Assembly: GCF_018977255.1 (NCBI RefSeq)
Contig: NW_024704742.1
Location: forward strand, 3,040,001-3,104,000
Direction of reading: 5' to 3'
DNA length: 64,000 nt
From: Callorhinchus milii
Lineage: Eukaryota
Shown here one piece after another: positions 1 to 12,402 of this stretch. How positions within the stretch are numbered: the first letter of the stretch is position 1; each line of letters begins with the position of its first letter. Position numbers and translations under genes: made by a program. The notes beneath the pieces are model-generated. The model saw only the letters and a program-made list of their open reading frames with translations. It was not told where the DNA came from and did not search any database.

Positions 1-451
1 TTGTTGCCTCAAAAAAGTTTTCCGTGAAGCGCTTTGAGGCATCTTGAAGACACGATAAGGCACTCTATCAAATGCAAGGATTATTATTATTATATTTTAT
101 TATTAACTCGCTGTCTGGTTTGGTTACTCTAAAGCATGTGTATTTTCTGCCACTGTGCCCACAACGTTAACGGGAGCTTACAAAAGGTAGGGTAAATAGC
201 CTTCACACTCATCTTAACCCCCTTTAGAAATCATAAATATATGCTCTTCACATGGGGTTGCATCTCGGAGCGCTTAAATGTAAATAAGTCTAGAAGTACT
301 CAATGTGCACTGAAATTGATAGCACCAGAGAACAGAGCTACTTAAAGTAAATTTCCAAAGAGGTCAGTGAACGTATAGCCCTTAAGCCTGGTATCAACAA
401 ATAGGGAAAAAATATTGCAGTCACTATATGAGAAATACTTCAAACCTCCTT

Positions 452-690
452 AACAACTACAATTTACATTTAGAATGCCTTTCACATTAATGAGGCATCT
501 CGAAGTGTGTCAAGGAGCTAGGTATCCGAGCTGAGGAGGGAGAGGGAAGGTGTTTGAAAATATGGCGGAAGAGAAGGGGTATCTCTCCAGATTTTTAGAG
601 ACTGGGGCAGAATAAGTGAAGCTGAATGAGCAGGAGACGTGTTAGTCTGGTGTTTGCCGAGTGGAGGGAATGCAGAGTGAGGATCATAGG
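452..690 (-). mobile_element. Degraded L2 3' fragment
   Basis: Tail motif GTGAAAGGCATTCTAAATGTAAATTGTAGTTG on the minus strand; residual SAFPPL...LPQSLKIWR. Confidence 0.6.
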
Positions 691-744
691 AGGTCGTAGA
701 AGTATCTTTTTTTGTTAAAGTATTTAGTTTTCCCATTGAAAGTA

Positions 745-1368
745 CTCCCTGACAAGCTTCCTGCTAACTTGTCTAGTTAAGGACCAATAATCACCAGGGC
801 TTTGGCTTATAGGGTAAACAATACAGTACAATGCAATACGATATTACATTTGGGTAGCACTTTTCATGTCGGAAGGACATCCCAAGGCGTGAGACAGTCA
901 AGGATTTGGACCTGAGTGGGTGGGGGTGGAGTGGGGCGGTTGTTTGTGATCAGGGAGGGTGAAGGGCAGGGAGGGTAGGCGGATGGCCAAAGGCGTGATC
1001 GAAGAGGAGGGTCTTGAGACGTGCCTTGAAGGAGGCAAGGGAGGGAGCGAGGCGGAGGGAATGTGTTCAAAGGGTGAGGGCAGAGAAGCCGAAGGTCCGA
1101 TGGTGGGGTGGGGCGGGGCGGAGCGGGGCGCCAGACGTGGAGCGGGCCAGAGCCTGCTGAGCGGAGGGAGCACACAGCTTGAAACGACAAGAGTCGAGCG
1201 GGAAGAATCTCCTGCCCTCAATGACTGGTCGGCCCTTCCAAATCCTACCAATGAGCCAGCGGCTGCGCTGGGCTGGGTTGGGCTGGGCTGTCAGCGGCAG
1301 TGCCCTGGAATACTACGGACCTGCCCGGCTTAGGAACCCATCGTCCAGTGTGGAGCCACTCCAGCTCT
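745..1368 (-). repeat. Unclassified repeat copy (left half) split by an L2
   Basis: AGGGCTTTGGCTTATAGGGTAAACAA [L2] ACAAGAGTCGAG...TGACTGGTCGGCCCTTCCA...CCAATGAGCCAG. The uninterrupted form is at 27250-27340. Confidence 0.78.
822..1186 (-). mobile_element. L2 3' fragment inserted into the unclassified repeat
   Basis: Minus strand CCTCCGCTCAGCAGGCTCTGGC...GCCTCCTTCAAGGCACGTCTCAAGACCCTCCTCTTCGATC...GCCTTGGGATGTCCTTCCGACATGAAAAGTGCT; homologous to 53748-54088. Confidence 0.9.
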
Positions 1369-2309
1369 AATTCCCTCCGTACACACGTACTGGGCATCTG
1401 AGCTGGGGTGGGGAGCTGAGGAGGGTGAGGAAGGGGAAAGATGGCCGAATGTCGGTCAAAGAGGTACATTTTGAGACAGATGTCGACTGTGAACAAACAA
1501 TGAGCCAAACAATGAAAAACATTTCAGAATCACCTGCTCATTTTTTCCAGTCAAAACACGGGCTTGCACAATCCACACATTTTGCCTGTAGGTTGTTAAT
1601 TCCAACCCCAAACCAGCCCCACTGTAGTTGATAACGATATTGAGGAGGTCTCTTTTGAGCGCGTTAGCCACTAACGGTTGAAAGCATTTGTCAAGTCAAG
1701 TAAAATTTTGCAGTGCGGCTTAGACCTCTACAACACAATTGGTTCTGACACTCTATAAAGAGGATCCATGGAGTTATTTGTCCAGTTTAGGTCGCCAAAT
1801 GCACGACAAAGCACATTAGCTGTTCGGAAATGGACCAAAGGTTAACGCTAAAGGTGGTTTGAGGTTTTGGATCACTGAGCTTCGGAGGGAAGCTTGGGGG
1901 AACTTCATTCTTTGTCATTAGAATAAAGAAAATGATGTTATTCACACCATTAACATCACGAAGGAATCAGCATTATTGGGATAGCAGGAAAATGACTTTA
2001 AGCTAAGGGAGTCACATGCTAAACATAATTTAATTGATAGACTAATTACATTCCAATTTACTGAACTTATTTCAGTTTATTTCTCTTGAGCACAATAAAC
2101 AGTGATTCAATTGAAACATTTGAAAAGCAGTCCACCTGTTTTTGAATGGATGGAGAGGGGGGGACAAAGGTATGGCATTGAGGGTGAGAAGACAAAAATG
2201 TTTTGTATCTGAAAATGTACCAAACAACTACAGCAAAAACTTGCATTTATATAATGTCCTTTGCAGGTGAGACGCTACCCCAAAGGAGGAAAAAATCATC
2301 CTTGTATTT

Positions 2310-2718
2310 GGATTAATAATCCACAGTACCCTTCGCGTCGGGAGAATGTCTCAAAGGACCTCAAGATTTACTGCAAAGTATAGTAATTGTATTTTGTAGG
2401 TGAATACAGCAGCCAGTTGTAGAAATAAATGTCCAACAAATAGCCATGGAATGGAATGACAATTTGTATGGATCTTTCGGCCAATGCACTGGGAGGAATC
2501 CCCTTCTCTTTTCAAATAGTGTCGTAGGATCGTTACTATCCACCAAGACAGACAGACGGGACCTTAGTTTACCGTCTTGTTCGAAGAATGGCACCTCCAA
2601 CAATGCATCCGACCAAACCTCAGGACTGTTAAGGGGTATGAGGTTAGACTGTGAGCTGGGAATGGAACGCACAACCTTCTGACTCAGAGGCGAGAGTGCT
2701 ACCAACTGAGCCGGGCTG
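2310..2718 (-). mobile_element. Older Deu-domain SINE
   Basis: Minus-strand head CAGCCCGGCTCAGTTGGTAGCACTCTCGCCTCTGAGTCAGAAGGTTGTGCGTTCC, followed by the core and tail. Confidence 0.83.
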
Positions 2719-3361
2719 CTGAACGGTGCGGAAGAAACAACAGAAGGGAGAAAGGAGGAGAACATTTGATGAAACAAAGATAACAGAGAGCATCTAAATT
2801 TTGAGAAGCTGATAAACCAAACCTCTCAAACGTGAAAAATGTGAGTTATCTTCCTCCAGAAACACAATGGCAGCGGCAGCAGCAGCAGATGTGCACATGA
2901 AGTGCACAATAGTGTTTGGTTAGGAACCAGTGCCAAGATGACAGACGCAATAAATAACAGCTGCAAAAAAAATTCAATGAACAGAAACTCCACTGTTAAA
3001 TGTCAAGAGCAATGATACATACAGAGAAATGTTCAAACGCTCCTGCAGAGTTTAACTGCACCAACAGTGTTATGGTCCCACATATTGTTTCTCTAAGACC
3101 TACAACACCGTTCTCAAGGGCTCTGAAAAATGCCAGTCGCAGAACATGGTGAGTGCAACAATAAAGAGCCTGTCAAATAAATCCATCAACAAAGGCTACA
3201 GATCGCTAGAGAAGATCAAACAAACTTTGGCTCGTCCTCCCAGGATACTCACCCTACTGTCTTCCTATTATAGCATCAAGCTATCTCTTAGACCAGAGTA
3301 TAATGGCAGCTACAACGGCTTTGATAATCTGTCCCAACTGTTGGAATTCCATAAACCTACC

Positions 3362-3555
3362 CCGAAGATAATCAATGGGATTGGGAGAACTTTTATGGAA
3401 AACTCTTTCCACTGTTAGACGGTTCAAGAACGAGAAGACATGAATTCAAGATTGTCACTAGGAGAAAAGGAGAGGTTTGGAGGAACTTCTTCTCCCAGAG
3501 GATTGACAGAGAACATAATGATTTGTCAAGGGTGGCAGTTATTGCAGTCTCAATT
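3362..3555 (+). mobile_element. CR1 ORF2 C-terminal fragment
   Basis: KIINGI...KLFPLLDGSRTRRHEFKI...RNFFSQR. Confidence 0.78.
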
Positions 3556-3800
3556 CATAGAATCATAGAATTATACAGCACAGAAGGAGGCCATTCAACC
3601 CATCGTGTCTGTTCCGGCTCTTTGAAAAGAGCTATCCAATTCAATCCCACTCCCCCGCTCTCTCCCCACAGCCCTGCGAACATGTCCTCCCCAAATAATT
3701 ATCTACTTCTCTCTTAAAAGTTGTTATCGAATCGGCTTTCACCGTCCTTTCAGGCAATGCATTCCAGATCCCAAAAACTTGCTGCGTGAAAAAAATCAGA
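3556..3800 (-). mobile_element. CR1 3' end
   Basis: FFTQQVFGIWNALPERTVKADSITTFKREVDNYL, then 3' UTR GAATGGCCTCCTTCTGTGCTG and an (ATTCTATG)-type terminus. Smaller CR1 3' ends lie at about 8265-8450, 13585-13716, 29840-29910, 42120-42215 and 49455-49600. Confidence 0.9.
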
Positions 3801-4195
3801 GCACTCATAACAACAACCAACAACAGCTTGCATTTATATAGCGCCCTTCACATGGGGTAGCGTTCCGGAGTGCTTATAGAACGGTTGAATACACACACGC
3901 AGAGGAAGGGCGTTAGAGGGTGTTAGGAAATAACACGATATTGGGATTAGGATGGATAGCTTCTCAGAGGAACAAACGCTGATTCCAAAAATAAAGGGGT
4001 GAAAGGGGACTATGCATTTCTATACTTCTGTGAACCAGTTTTCTTGTTCCACTGCTTTGGGATATAATAATGACTTTTACTCGTCTCACTCAGGGCTGGA
4101 TCAGAGGCTAAATGATCTCCTAGACCTTTCCAGAGCTAGAGAGGAGAAAACCAGACAGCTTTTCCTGCTCCTGGTAACTATGCAGCACTATCGTG

Positions 4196-4628
4196 CGTCA
4201 GCCTGGCTCAGTCGGGAGCACTCTCGCCCACCAAGTTAAAAGGTCGGTGGTTCAAGCCTTCTGTCGGGACTTGCGACTTGTATATACTTGGCTGACACCC
4301 CAATGTAGTGTTGGCGGTGTGCTGAATTGTTGGAGGTGTCATCCTTCAGATGAGACTTAAACCAGAGCTGAATTTGCCTGTTCAGGGGGGACATTAAAGA
4401 TCTCATGACACTATTCAAAAAGAGAAGGGAGTTTTTGTTCCAGAGTCCCGTCCAACAATTTCCCAGATACAATTGGTCATTCACTTCATGGCTGTGTGTG
4501 TGACATTGCTGTGTGCAATTGGCTGGCACGTTCGTCAACAAAAACACACAGTCACTGCACTTTACAAAGTGCTTTGAAACATCCTGATGTGAAAAGTGCT
4601 TTACTAAATGCAAGTATTATTTTATTAT
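4196..4628 (+). mobile_element. Older Deu-domain SINE (SacSINE1/AmnSINE1-like), near full length
   Basis: Different tRNA-like head GGCTCAGTCGGGAGCACTCTCGCC...GGTTCAAGCC. Deu-like core GGAGGTGTCATCCTTCAGATGAGACTTAAACC...AAAGATCTCATGACACTATTC...GCTGTGTGCAATTGGCTG, then an L2-like tail. Confidence 0.85.
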
Positions 4629-5929
4629 CTGGCTTCACCCCTGAATAATAGCCTGAATGATAAATATCATAATTATATACCTTTCAGAGACTATAGTGAC
4701 TAAATAACTTGCCTGTATTGCAATTCAATAGTATCTATGTAATGGATCATATGAAAATTAAGGTACACGGATTCAAAACTATTGAACCTTGCAGTAAGTA
4801 CCATATGATGAATTTCTCTGTCATTACCATTTCAAAAAGGAAACACATTGCTGTAAATAATTATTTCACCGATGCACACTATAAATAACGCTCTAGTGGA
4901 CAGAATACAATTAACAGTGCTTACTGCACCAATGTTGATCATGGATGAAACAAGTGTATTTTATAACTGCTTTCCGTTTGATATCCGTCAGAAGTGATTG
5001 CTGCTGTGAGAGAAGCTATACAGAGCATACTCGGGGGTGATGACCAGGCTGCAAATCAGTCTCAACTTTGCTTCAACTCGCAGCGACGAGAAGTGAAACT
5101 CTCAAGCCGTGGCCCTTGTTGGTTTCAGACTGCCGGAGCGCTGCACAAACCTTGCCTGTGTGGGAGCGCCAGCCTTACCTTCTTCCCCGGGTAAAATTAG
5201 ATTGCCTCTCAGCCTGGGGACAGGTTTATTTCATTAACTGGTAATTCGAGCTAAATTAAACCCTAACACAGTATTCTGTCAGACTGACAAAAGATAATTG
5301 TTGTTTGTCGACGTTATCTTATTAACACTAGCTGGGCTGACTGCATGACGGGATATATGTAAAAGCTCCATTACCATCCAAGCACCCTATTAATATTGGG
5401 AGCTACACTCACAAAGGAGAACAGTAATAATATTACCTGTAGATACTAAGTAGACGTGACATTAGTACCACTCTGATTCTTGGCATGTGACTACATTGCC
5501 TCATTAATCTCCTAATTACATTTTTTTTTAAACCCCCACCCCCGACCCCCTCCTCCCCCCAAAAAACCTCTTGCATTCTTTATCCATCAGTCAAAACATC
5601 AGAAGAATTGCGCAGCACGGACATGAAAAGAATAATACAATACCCATTTACATTTACATAGGGGCCTTTCACGTCAGGAGGACGTCCCAAGGCGCTGCAC
5701 ATAATATAATATGCAGTGAATGAGAATCAGACTTACAGCGATTTGATTTGTTTTCTACCGACAAACAGAGCCACCAATTTACAATGTGAAGTAGCGGTCT
5801 GTGCTTTTCTGCTCTTCCAGACAAAGATACGACCTAAAGTTTTCTTTTTTGGAGTCTCTTGTTAGTTCAACTTACACCTAACTGAAATTAGTGACTATGC
5901 CTTTTTGTCCCAGTTTTAACCATATGAGA

Positions 5930-6440
5930 TACACAGATTTTAACTGGTTAAATTCTAGGAGTATCCCAATGTATACTCTGAGGTGCTCAAACTGTGACTC
6001 TTTCTAAATTGCGCCTAATCCAAGCTCCAGAATTAGGTAGGACAGGAGAATAACAATAATAATAATAATAATAATGATAATCTTTGCATTTGATACAGCG
6101 CCTTATCGCTTCTTCGAGACGTCTCAAAGCGCTTCACAGAATATAATGTAAAGTGAACTGACTGTATATTTTGTGGGTGAAACGCGGCAGCCAATTTTTT
6201 TGGAAGGAATTATTATCCCCGGAAAAGCGATCCGCCAATCGACTACCAGCCGGGTTCCTACGTACTGCTTGGTAAGCAGAGGCGTGTGGAGTAAGGAAAC
6301 TTGCCCAGTGAAGGATGTGTCATTCCATTCCAACCAGGAAAATTTCCATGTGTCAATGGATATATCGTGTGGTTTGGATACTCTTAAGCACAGTGATAGG
6401 TTTTCGCATGTGTCAGATACCCGGCTGACCAAAACTCAAT
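5930..6440 (+). repeat. Unclassified repeat copy (right half) split by a SINE
   Basis: AACTGGTTAAATTCTAGGAGTATCCCAA...GAATTAGGTA [SINE] CATTCCATTCC...CCCGGCTGACCAAAACT. Confidence 0.8.
6049..6308 (-). mobile_element. tRNA-SINE family copy lacking its head, inserted in the unclassified repeat
   Basis: (AAT)n, tail hairpin and CORE-like segment up to GGAAACTTGCCCA. The two flanks are contiguous parts of the unclassified repeat. Confidence 0.88.
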
Positions 6441-6799
6441 CTCCTTTTACTCCGATGCCTGGCTGAATATCATTCATTCAAGGGGTATTAATCCTTTTAT
6501 GCGTTACCCAGACATCAATTAAAACTCTGAAATACCTGATCTTAGAAAACAGCTTGCAAGGTCTCATTGAGTTGCCTAAGGTGAGACAGTGGGGTTGAAT
6601 GTGTGGCATTTTAGTTCAGACACCCACTTTATCCAAAGGGCAAGCTGTACAGTTTTAGTTGGTTCCATCAAGTACCCGAATGCATAATTTGGGGGTCACC
6701 TAATGTCCCAGGTACTCTCTTTTGGGTGCGACGATTATCACACCAAACCGGTGAAGGGATGTCGCAAAAATTCACCCCAGTAATATTGGGTTTGAAAGT

Positions 6800-7620
6800 C
6801 GGTCCTTTCTGATGTGTGTGCTGTTGTCATGGCTACAGCCTGCTGTACGACTGAGACTGAACGGACTGCATTTATTTCGAATACCTCGGCCACGTGGGCA
6901 TAACGGGACATACGTCGTGAGTGGAAGCGAGGGAAACGTGCACGATTCGATTTTGACAAGATGTGTTCACTTGAATAAAAGAAACGCGTAGACAGAATTG
7001 GGAAATGGCCCGAGTGTCGATAACCGCAAAGAGATGGCAACTTTAAGCAGAACGTTTTGCATATCTGCTACAACAGAACAGATTTTGTTTTTAAATCTCT
7101 TTTGGCCGCTACAGCCCGCAGCAGTTGCCAAAGCCTTCTTTAGTCACCCAGCAGTCAGCACTTGAGCTGTCTAACAGCTGAATAATGAACCGTAGTACAC
7201 ATGCAGACAGGTTAACAGCTCTTAATATTACCTTTCAGTGCTGCCATTCATCAAGGCGCGCGCACGCACGGCAGATCAACCCTTCAGCACACAACAAAGT
7301 GAAACACAAGTGCAATTACCTTTCAAACTCACGAGCAGACAATTCTGAATCTGACCGCGCACGAGAGCGTTATTGGGGCGGTAGTGATTGTCCGAGACGG
7401 CACATGCTTTTTCGTCTGAGCGCACCTTGTGAGATTGGAGTGAAGCGAGCCCGGCGGAACGCTGGTCGGTCACTTCAAACCATCGCATTGACGCCCTGGA
7501 GGTTTGACAAGTTAGACTGATCAAGAAAACGGGCAGACGATTTGAACAGGCCGCATCTGAAATGGTCGTCATTCGTTCGGAGATTACTTAGCTGAAGACC
7601 GTCGCTGGTCTCCCTTTCAA
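6800..7620. promoter_or_regulatory. CpG-rich non-repetitive segment, possible promoter or enhancer
   Basis: Visibly CpG-dense. ATTGG overlaps GGGGCGG at 7372-7381; GCGCGCGCACGC near 7257; minus-strand AAG|GTAAT donor-like sites at 7232 and 7320. Confidence 0.3.
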
Positions 7621-9404
7621 GCGTGTCTGTCCCACTATCCGGAACACTCTCGCCCCCTCTCTTTACCTCCTTTGAGCTCTGCCTCATCTCACGACCTCCT
7701 TCTTTGACCTTACTTTTGGCCGCTTTTCACTAACAAAATATACAGTCAATTCACTTTACCGTATAATCTGTGAAGCGCTTTGAGACGTCTCTAAGACCTG
7801 ATAAGGTGCTGTATCAAATGCAAGGATTATTATCTTTCCCCTCCTAACCCCCTCAGCTCGCACTTGCAGCTTGGGTACAAACCCTGGACTATCCAGTGCC
7901 TTGGAACATCCTCCTGACATGAAAGGCATTAAATAAATTGTGTACTGTATATCAAGTCAGAAGATTGTGGGTTATAGTCAGCTGTGAACAAATACCCTGT
8001 CACTCCATTAGAGACTAACTGACAGCCCTCGGTGAAGGCTACTTGTGAGAAAAAAAGACATAATATTGTCTTGGTCTTTTTTTTTAAGAATCAAAATCAA
8101 TAAATTTGTCAAATCAGTCAACGAAAGGTGCGTCGGTTATACAAATGGACATGGAGTTCACAGTCGAGGCTGGCGATTCAGTGCTGTGTTGGCGGAGGTA
8201 CCATCCTTTGTGTTACCCTCAGTCCTGTGCGATTGTTCATTTGAATGCCAGAGATCCCACGACAGTACAAAGAACGTACAGCACGGAAACCGGCCACTCG
8301 ACCCAAGTCATCACTGCCAGTGATTATACTGCACACGAGTCTCGACCCACTCGTTTCTCCCTCTCACACACTTCTATTCCCCTCTCCCTCCTGTGAAGAT
8401 CCTGTTACCTCTGGAATGCATCAAAATTATCTGCCTCAACCACCGACAATACAACGACGACAACTTGGCTATCTGTGGCACCCTTGATCTGGTGGTATCT
8501 CAGAGCGCTTAAGGTGTATTCTCCAGTGCCCTAAGCAACAATGCTCCGGATTAACCGATCATCCGTTTCATGTATTTTTTTGCTTAGCCCAAAAAGCCTG
8601 CTGTGCTTGTCTGCAAAACAGTCACTACATTTAGCAGTAGTTACTGGTGAAATGGTTTGGGCCGTTTCAGCGTAAGAGGCGCAGTGTAAAAATGCAAGTT
8701 CTTTATTGCGAAAGCGACTCTTTAAGTAACTGCGTGGAAACAGAAAATATTTATCGAGCAGATTTAACGGATAGCAGGGAAGCAAGATGCAATTCAAGGC
8801 TTGCGCCTATCATCCTTGCAATATAAACACAGCTCTATCCCAATATTTGCTGACCTCCTTTGGCACTCGTTCTTCCTCTGAAGGTTAGAACCTTTCGTTT
8901 GCACAGCGCACATAATAAATAGTGTTTTTTTTCAATGCCAGATTTGCTAATGCTAAGATAAATGGTGTGAAAACACTTTGAGTTAGTTCTCAGAATGAAC
9001 TCTCCCAGGTTCTCAGTCGCAAACGAATTAAGTGAGTTATTTTGGGCATGAGAGGATACGTCCACCGCTCCCAAGGTCACTTCCTTCTTTTCCCTCGTTC
9101 TGCGTCCAGCCCCATCACTGCGCAGCTCTCCTCGAGGCGCTGTCCTGCGTGAAGAGCACTATATAAATCCAAGCTGTTGTTGTCTCCGAACCGAATCGAG
9201 CGAATTGCAACAGGGAATGAAAAACGCGGCGTTTCAGTTGTGGTGGGGTTTCTCAGATTGAGTTAAAACCGGTGCCACGTGAAGCTTCCCTGAAATGCGA
9301 CTCAATTCCTGACTGCAAACAGCGGGCAAATGCTAGAACCTTCGGACGCAACCCATTGTGCCTAAGTCAGGAGGATGTTTTCACACGCTCCGTGCAGTCG
9401 TTAC

Positions 9405-9595
9405 GAATAATAATTTGGGCACTCAATCCACGACTGTTTGTCGGGGACGCTGTTGTGGGCAATTGGCTGCCGCGTTTCGTCCACAAGATATACAGTCAAT
9501 TCACTTTATAGTATAGCCTGTGAAGCGCTTTGAGACGTCTCGAAGACGGAAAAAGGCGCTGCATCAAATGCAAGGATTATTATTATTATTATTAT
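9405..9595 (+). mobile_element. 5'-truncated tRNA-SINE family copy (3' half)
   Basis: CTCAATCCACGACTGTTTG...GTGAAGCGCTTTGAGACGTCTCGAAGAC...CAAATGCAAGG(ATT)n. Similar tail-only pieces lie at about 22-105, 7733-7835, 10123-10222, 24236-24335, 35620-35755 and 55090-55213. Confidence 0.88.
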
Positions 9596-9699
9596 AGGCG
9601 GAAATATGTGATGTTTCATCACAGATTTGATTTTGCATTCGATAATCAGCCGATTTATCAAGAAAAACTGGCACTTTTTTTTTAACCTCAATGCCTCAG

Positions 9700-10315
9700 A
9701 GTTGCTGTCAGCGTTCCTTGCATTAATTAATTCTCCTTGGGAGTGGGAAGGGGGTGGAGGAGGTAAGTGGATTCTCCTTGGAACCAAACTGGCTTAAGTA
9801 TGACATGTTTGGCAGCAGATTTGTTGGAATCGAGTTAACTCTCTGTTGCGGTCGCAGGTCATCGCTGATAACAGACCAACCAACCTGGCTCATCGGCTGA
9901 ACGTAGTCAGTGGGAGCAGGGATTTTTTCCTACAAGCCAAGGCCTTAGGGAGGTCCTGGCTGGACAAGCAGCACGAAGCTTCCCAGATAATACTCTCACG
10001 TCAAGCTAAGCTATTTTAGCTGGTTAAACTCCAATTAGATGCACGGGGGTGTGTCCTTCCATGGAGAGAGAATGCATTCCATTCCAGACACAGGAACAGT
10101 TCCACTTGTAGTTGGCATATATAATACAGTCGATTCACTTTACAGTATATTTTGTGAAGCACTTTGAGACGTCTCTAAGATGTGATAAGGCGCTACGTCA
10201 AATGCAATGATTGTTATTATTGTTTTACATGTGGAACTCTCAACCTGGTCCGGATAGTCTTAAGCACGGTGATGGTTTTCTGCACATCTCAGACACCCGG
10301 CTGACCAAAACTAAT
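9700..10315 (+). repeat. Unclassified repeat copy with a SINE tail inserted at 10123-10222
   Basis: GAGGTAAGTGG..TCTCCTTGGA, CAGTGGGAGCAGGGATT, TTTTAGCTGGTTAAACTC, ATTCCAGAC and CCCGGCTGACCAAAACT occur in the same order as in 51490-52100. Confidence 0.82.
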
Positions 10316-10769
10316 TGCATTAAGTAACACAAGAACGGCATTAAGCCAGCCCACAAACTTCATCTTTAACTTCACGCCAACGATAACTGACCTGTCTATC
10401 AGGCTCAGCATTCAAGAGCCCCTGTTGTCCGTTGGCCAATGTGATAATTATCACATCAAACCTGTTGTACGACTAGCCATTTTTCAAATGGTGTGTCAAG
10501 CATTCCTCACGTGTAAACTAATCCCTGGTAAGATCTCTTGCCTGCATCCCTAAAAGCCTCCTAGCATGACAACGATACACAGTCACTTCCAGATGGCTGG
10601 TCTGATAAACTGCTGTCGTTCAAGCAATGCAGAGATGTGCGACAACAGTCTCTAATGTTTACTTGTGGACTCCCACGCAAAGTTGACCTGTGTTGCCAAC
10701 GCTGCTCGTACTTTACGTCTCCTAGCTGGAGGTATGTGCACTTAATATGGAGTACATTATAATTAATAT

Positions 10770-11095
10770 GGAGCCCGGTAGCATATGGGTTAGAGCACTT
10801 GCCTCACAAGCAAGAGGACCCGGGTTCGATTCCCAGGCAGGGCGAAACCTTAGGCAAGTTTCCTCACTCCACACCCCGCTGTTTACCGAGCAGTGAGTAG
10901 AAACCCGGTTGTTAGTCGATCGGCGGATCACTTTCTGGTGGGAATAATCCCTTCAAAAAATATATATATTAATAGTAATTTGGTCACTCAATCCACGACT
11001 GTCTGTGAGACACTGCTGTGTGTGCAATTGGCTGCCGCGTTTCGCCCACAAAATATACAATCAAATCACCTTAACAGTATATTTATTCTTTGAAG
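10770..11095 (+). mobile_element. tRNA-derived SINE (long form), 3' tail lost
   Basis: Head GGAGCCCGGTAGCATATGGGTTAGAGCAC...GGGTTCGATTCCC followed by the family body. It stops at TTTGAAGC, before the terminal hairpin. Confidence 0.9.
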
Positions 11096-11829
11096 CTGAG
11101 CACAAATGCAGATTGGAAGTAAGACCCGGTATAAAATCATCTGGTATTGTTTCTGACAATGGAAGTTGTCTGGCAAATTGAAGACATCAGGCATCAGGCA
11201 AGAGGAACGTCCTGACTGCAAGAGAATCCCAAACCTAGCTTCACTAGGCAGCAGAGTGGCAAGTTTGTTCCTTAACGTTGTGACTTAATGTGCAGCCATG
11301 TTGTTAATGACCCGAAAATCACGAATGGAAACGTCCCTGACAGCTGGAAGCAATTCCCCTCCGCGGACCCCGGCATCGTATCAATTCTCAACATTTTCTC
11401 CGGTGCGTGGTAGGGTGGTAGGAGCGAGGAAAGCAAGGCTGGTGGGTGGGAGCGGGGAGCGGAGGGTGAGAGGGGGTGAGAAAGGAAAGTGATTGTACAG
11501 CGGACGCCGTACCAGCCGGAACAGTTGGGAATACGGGCAGACATCAGCGAAATTAATGACAAGTGGGAAAGAAGAATGATGAGGTTCTGTGGCTCCAGCA
11601 GTGGCAGACGCAGCAGCTTAACCCTAAGAGACCCGAAGAAGCAGTTGTCCACCCAGCTGCTGAGGATCATCAAAGTAGATGGTTCCTCAAGCCCACCCAC
11701 CCACCGCCTCCACCCCCCACCCCGCCAATCCCCGCACCACAGTCTCTTTATTTCCGAGAATCAAACTCGTTTTATTTTCAAAACTGGGGCGAGCTGAAGC
11801 TGTGTGTGTGCTTTATTAGCTGGGAATCA

Positions 11830-11856
11830 AATAATAATAATAATAATAATAATAAT
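11830..11856 (+). repeat. (AAT)n microsatellite grown from a minus-strand SINE tail
   Basis: The AAT run adjoins a degraded tail hairpin at 11860-11945. Confidence 0.85.
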
Positions 11857-12189
11857 GTATTATTATTTAATGGTGCGCCTCACCACATCAAAGTGCTTTG
11901 CAATGGATGCAATGCGAAGGGCGTTCTGTGGGTGAAATAGGGTACGGCAAATGGTTCCGTGGCTTCTCCCAATACCCCCTCCCCCTGCCCTTCCACGCCG
12001 GGAGAATGATAAGAATCGTTGCTTTGCTGTAGCGTCGTATCACGTCGTCGAGATGTCTCAAACGGCTTCTTATCTGAAGAACGGTACCTCCGACAATCAC
12101 GTGACATCCCCCACCCCCCGCCCCAAGCCTAAATATTACCGTGGTTTGTCGTAATAACATCAATCCTTGCATGTGATAGAGTATGTTCA

Positions 12190-12402
12190 GCATATCTGGC
12201 CCCCCTCCTTGGAATTCCACCCCAGAGTCTCATCGACTTGCTACTACTCTCACCTCCTTCAAGGTCCATCTCAACCCCTTCCTCACTGACCGTGTTTAAC
12301 ATGCCCCCACATCCCACTCGGCCCACAACACCTCGACTGGGTTCAGCACCTTGGGACATGCTCCCAATGCGAAAGATGCTATATAAATGTAAATTTGTGT
12401 TA
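12190..12402 (+). mobile_element. L2 3' fragment
   Basis: TGGAATTCC...CCTCCTTCAAGGTCCATCTCAA...CACCTTGGGACATG...GCTATATAAATGTAAATTTGTG. Confidence 0.8.

Noticed and set aside
3200..3290. Strong minus-strand donor GG|GTGAGT
   Set aside because: It lies within a CR1 3' UTR remnant matching 54390-54430.
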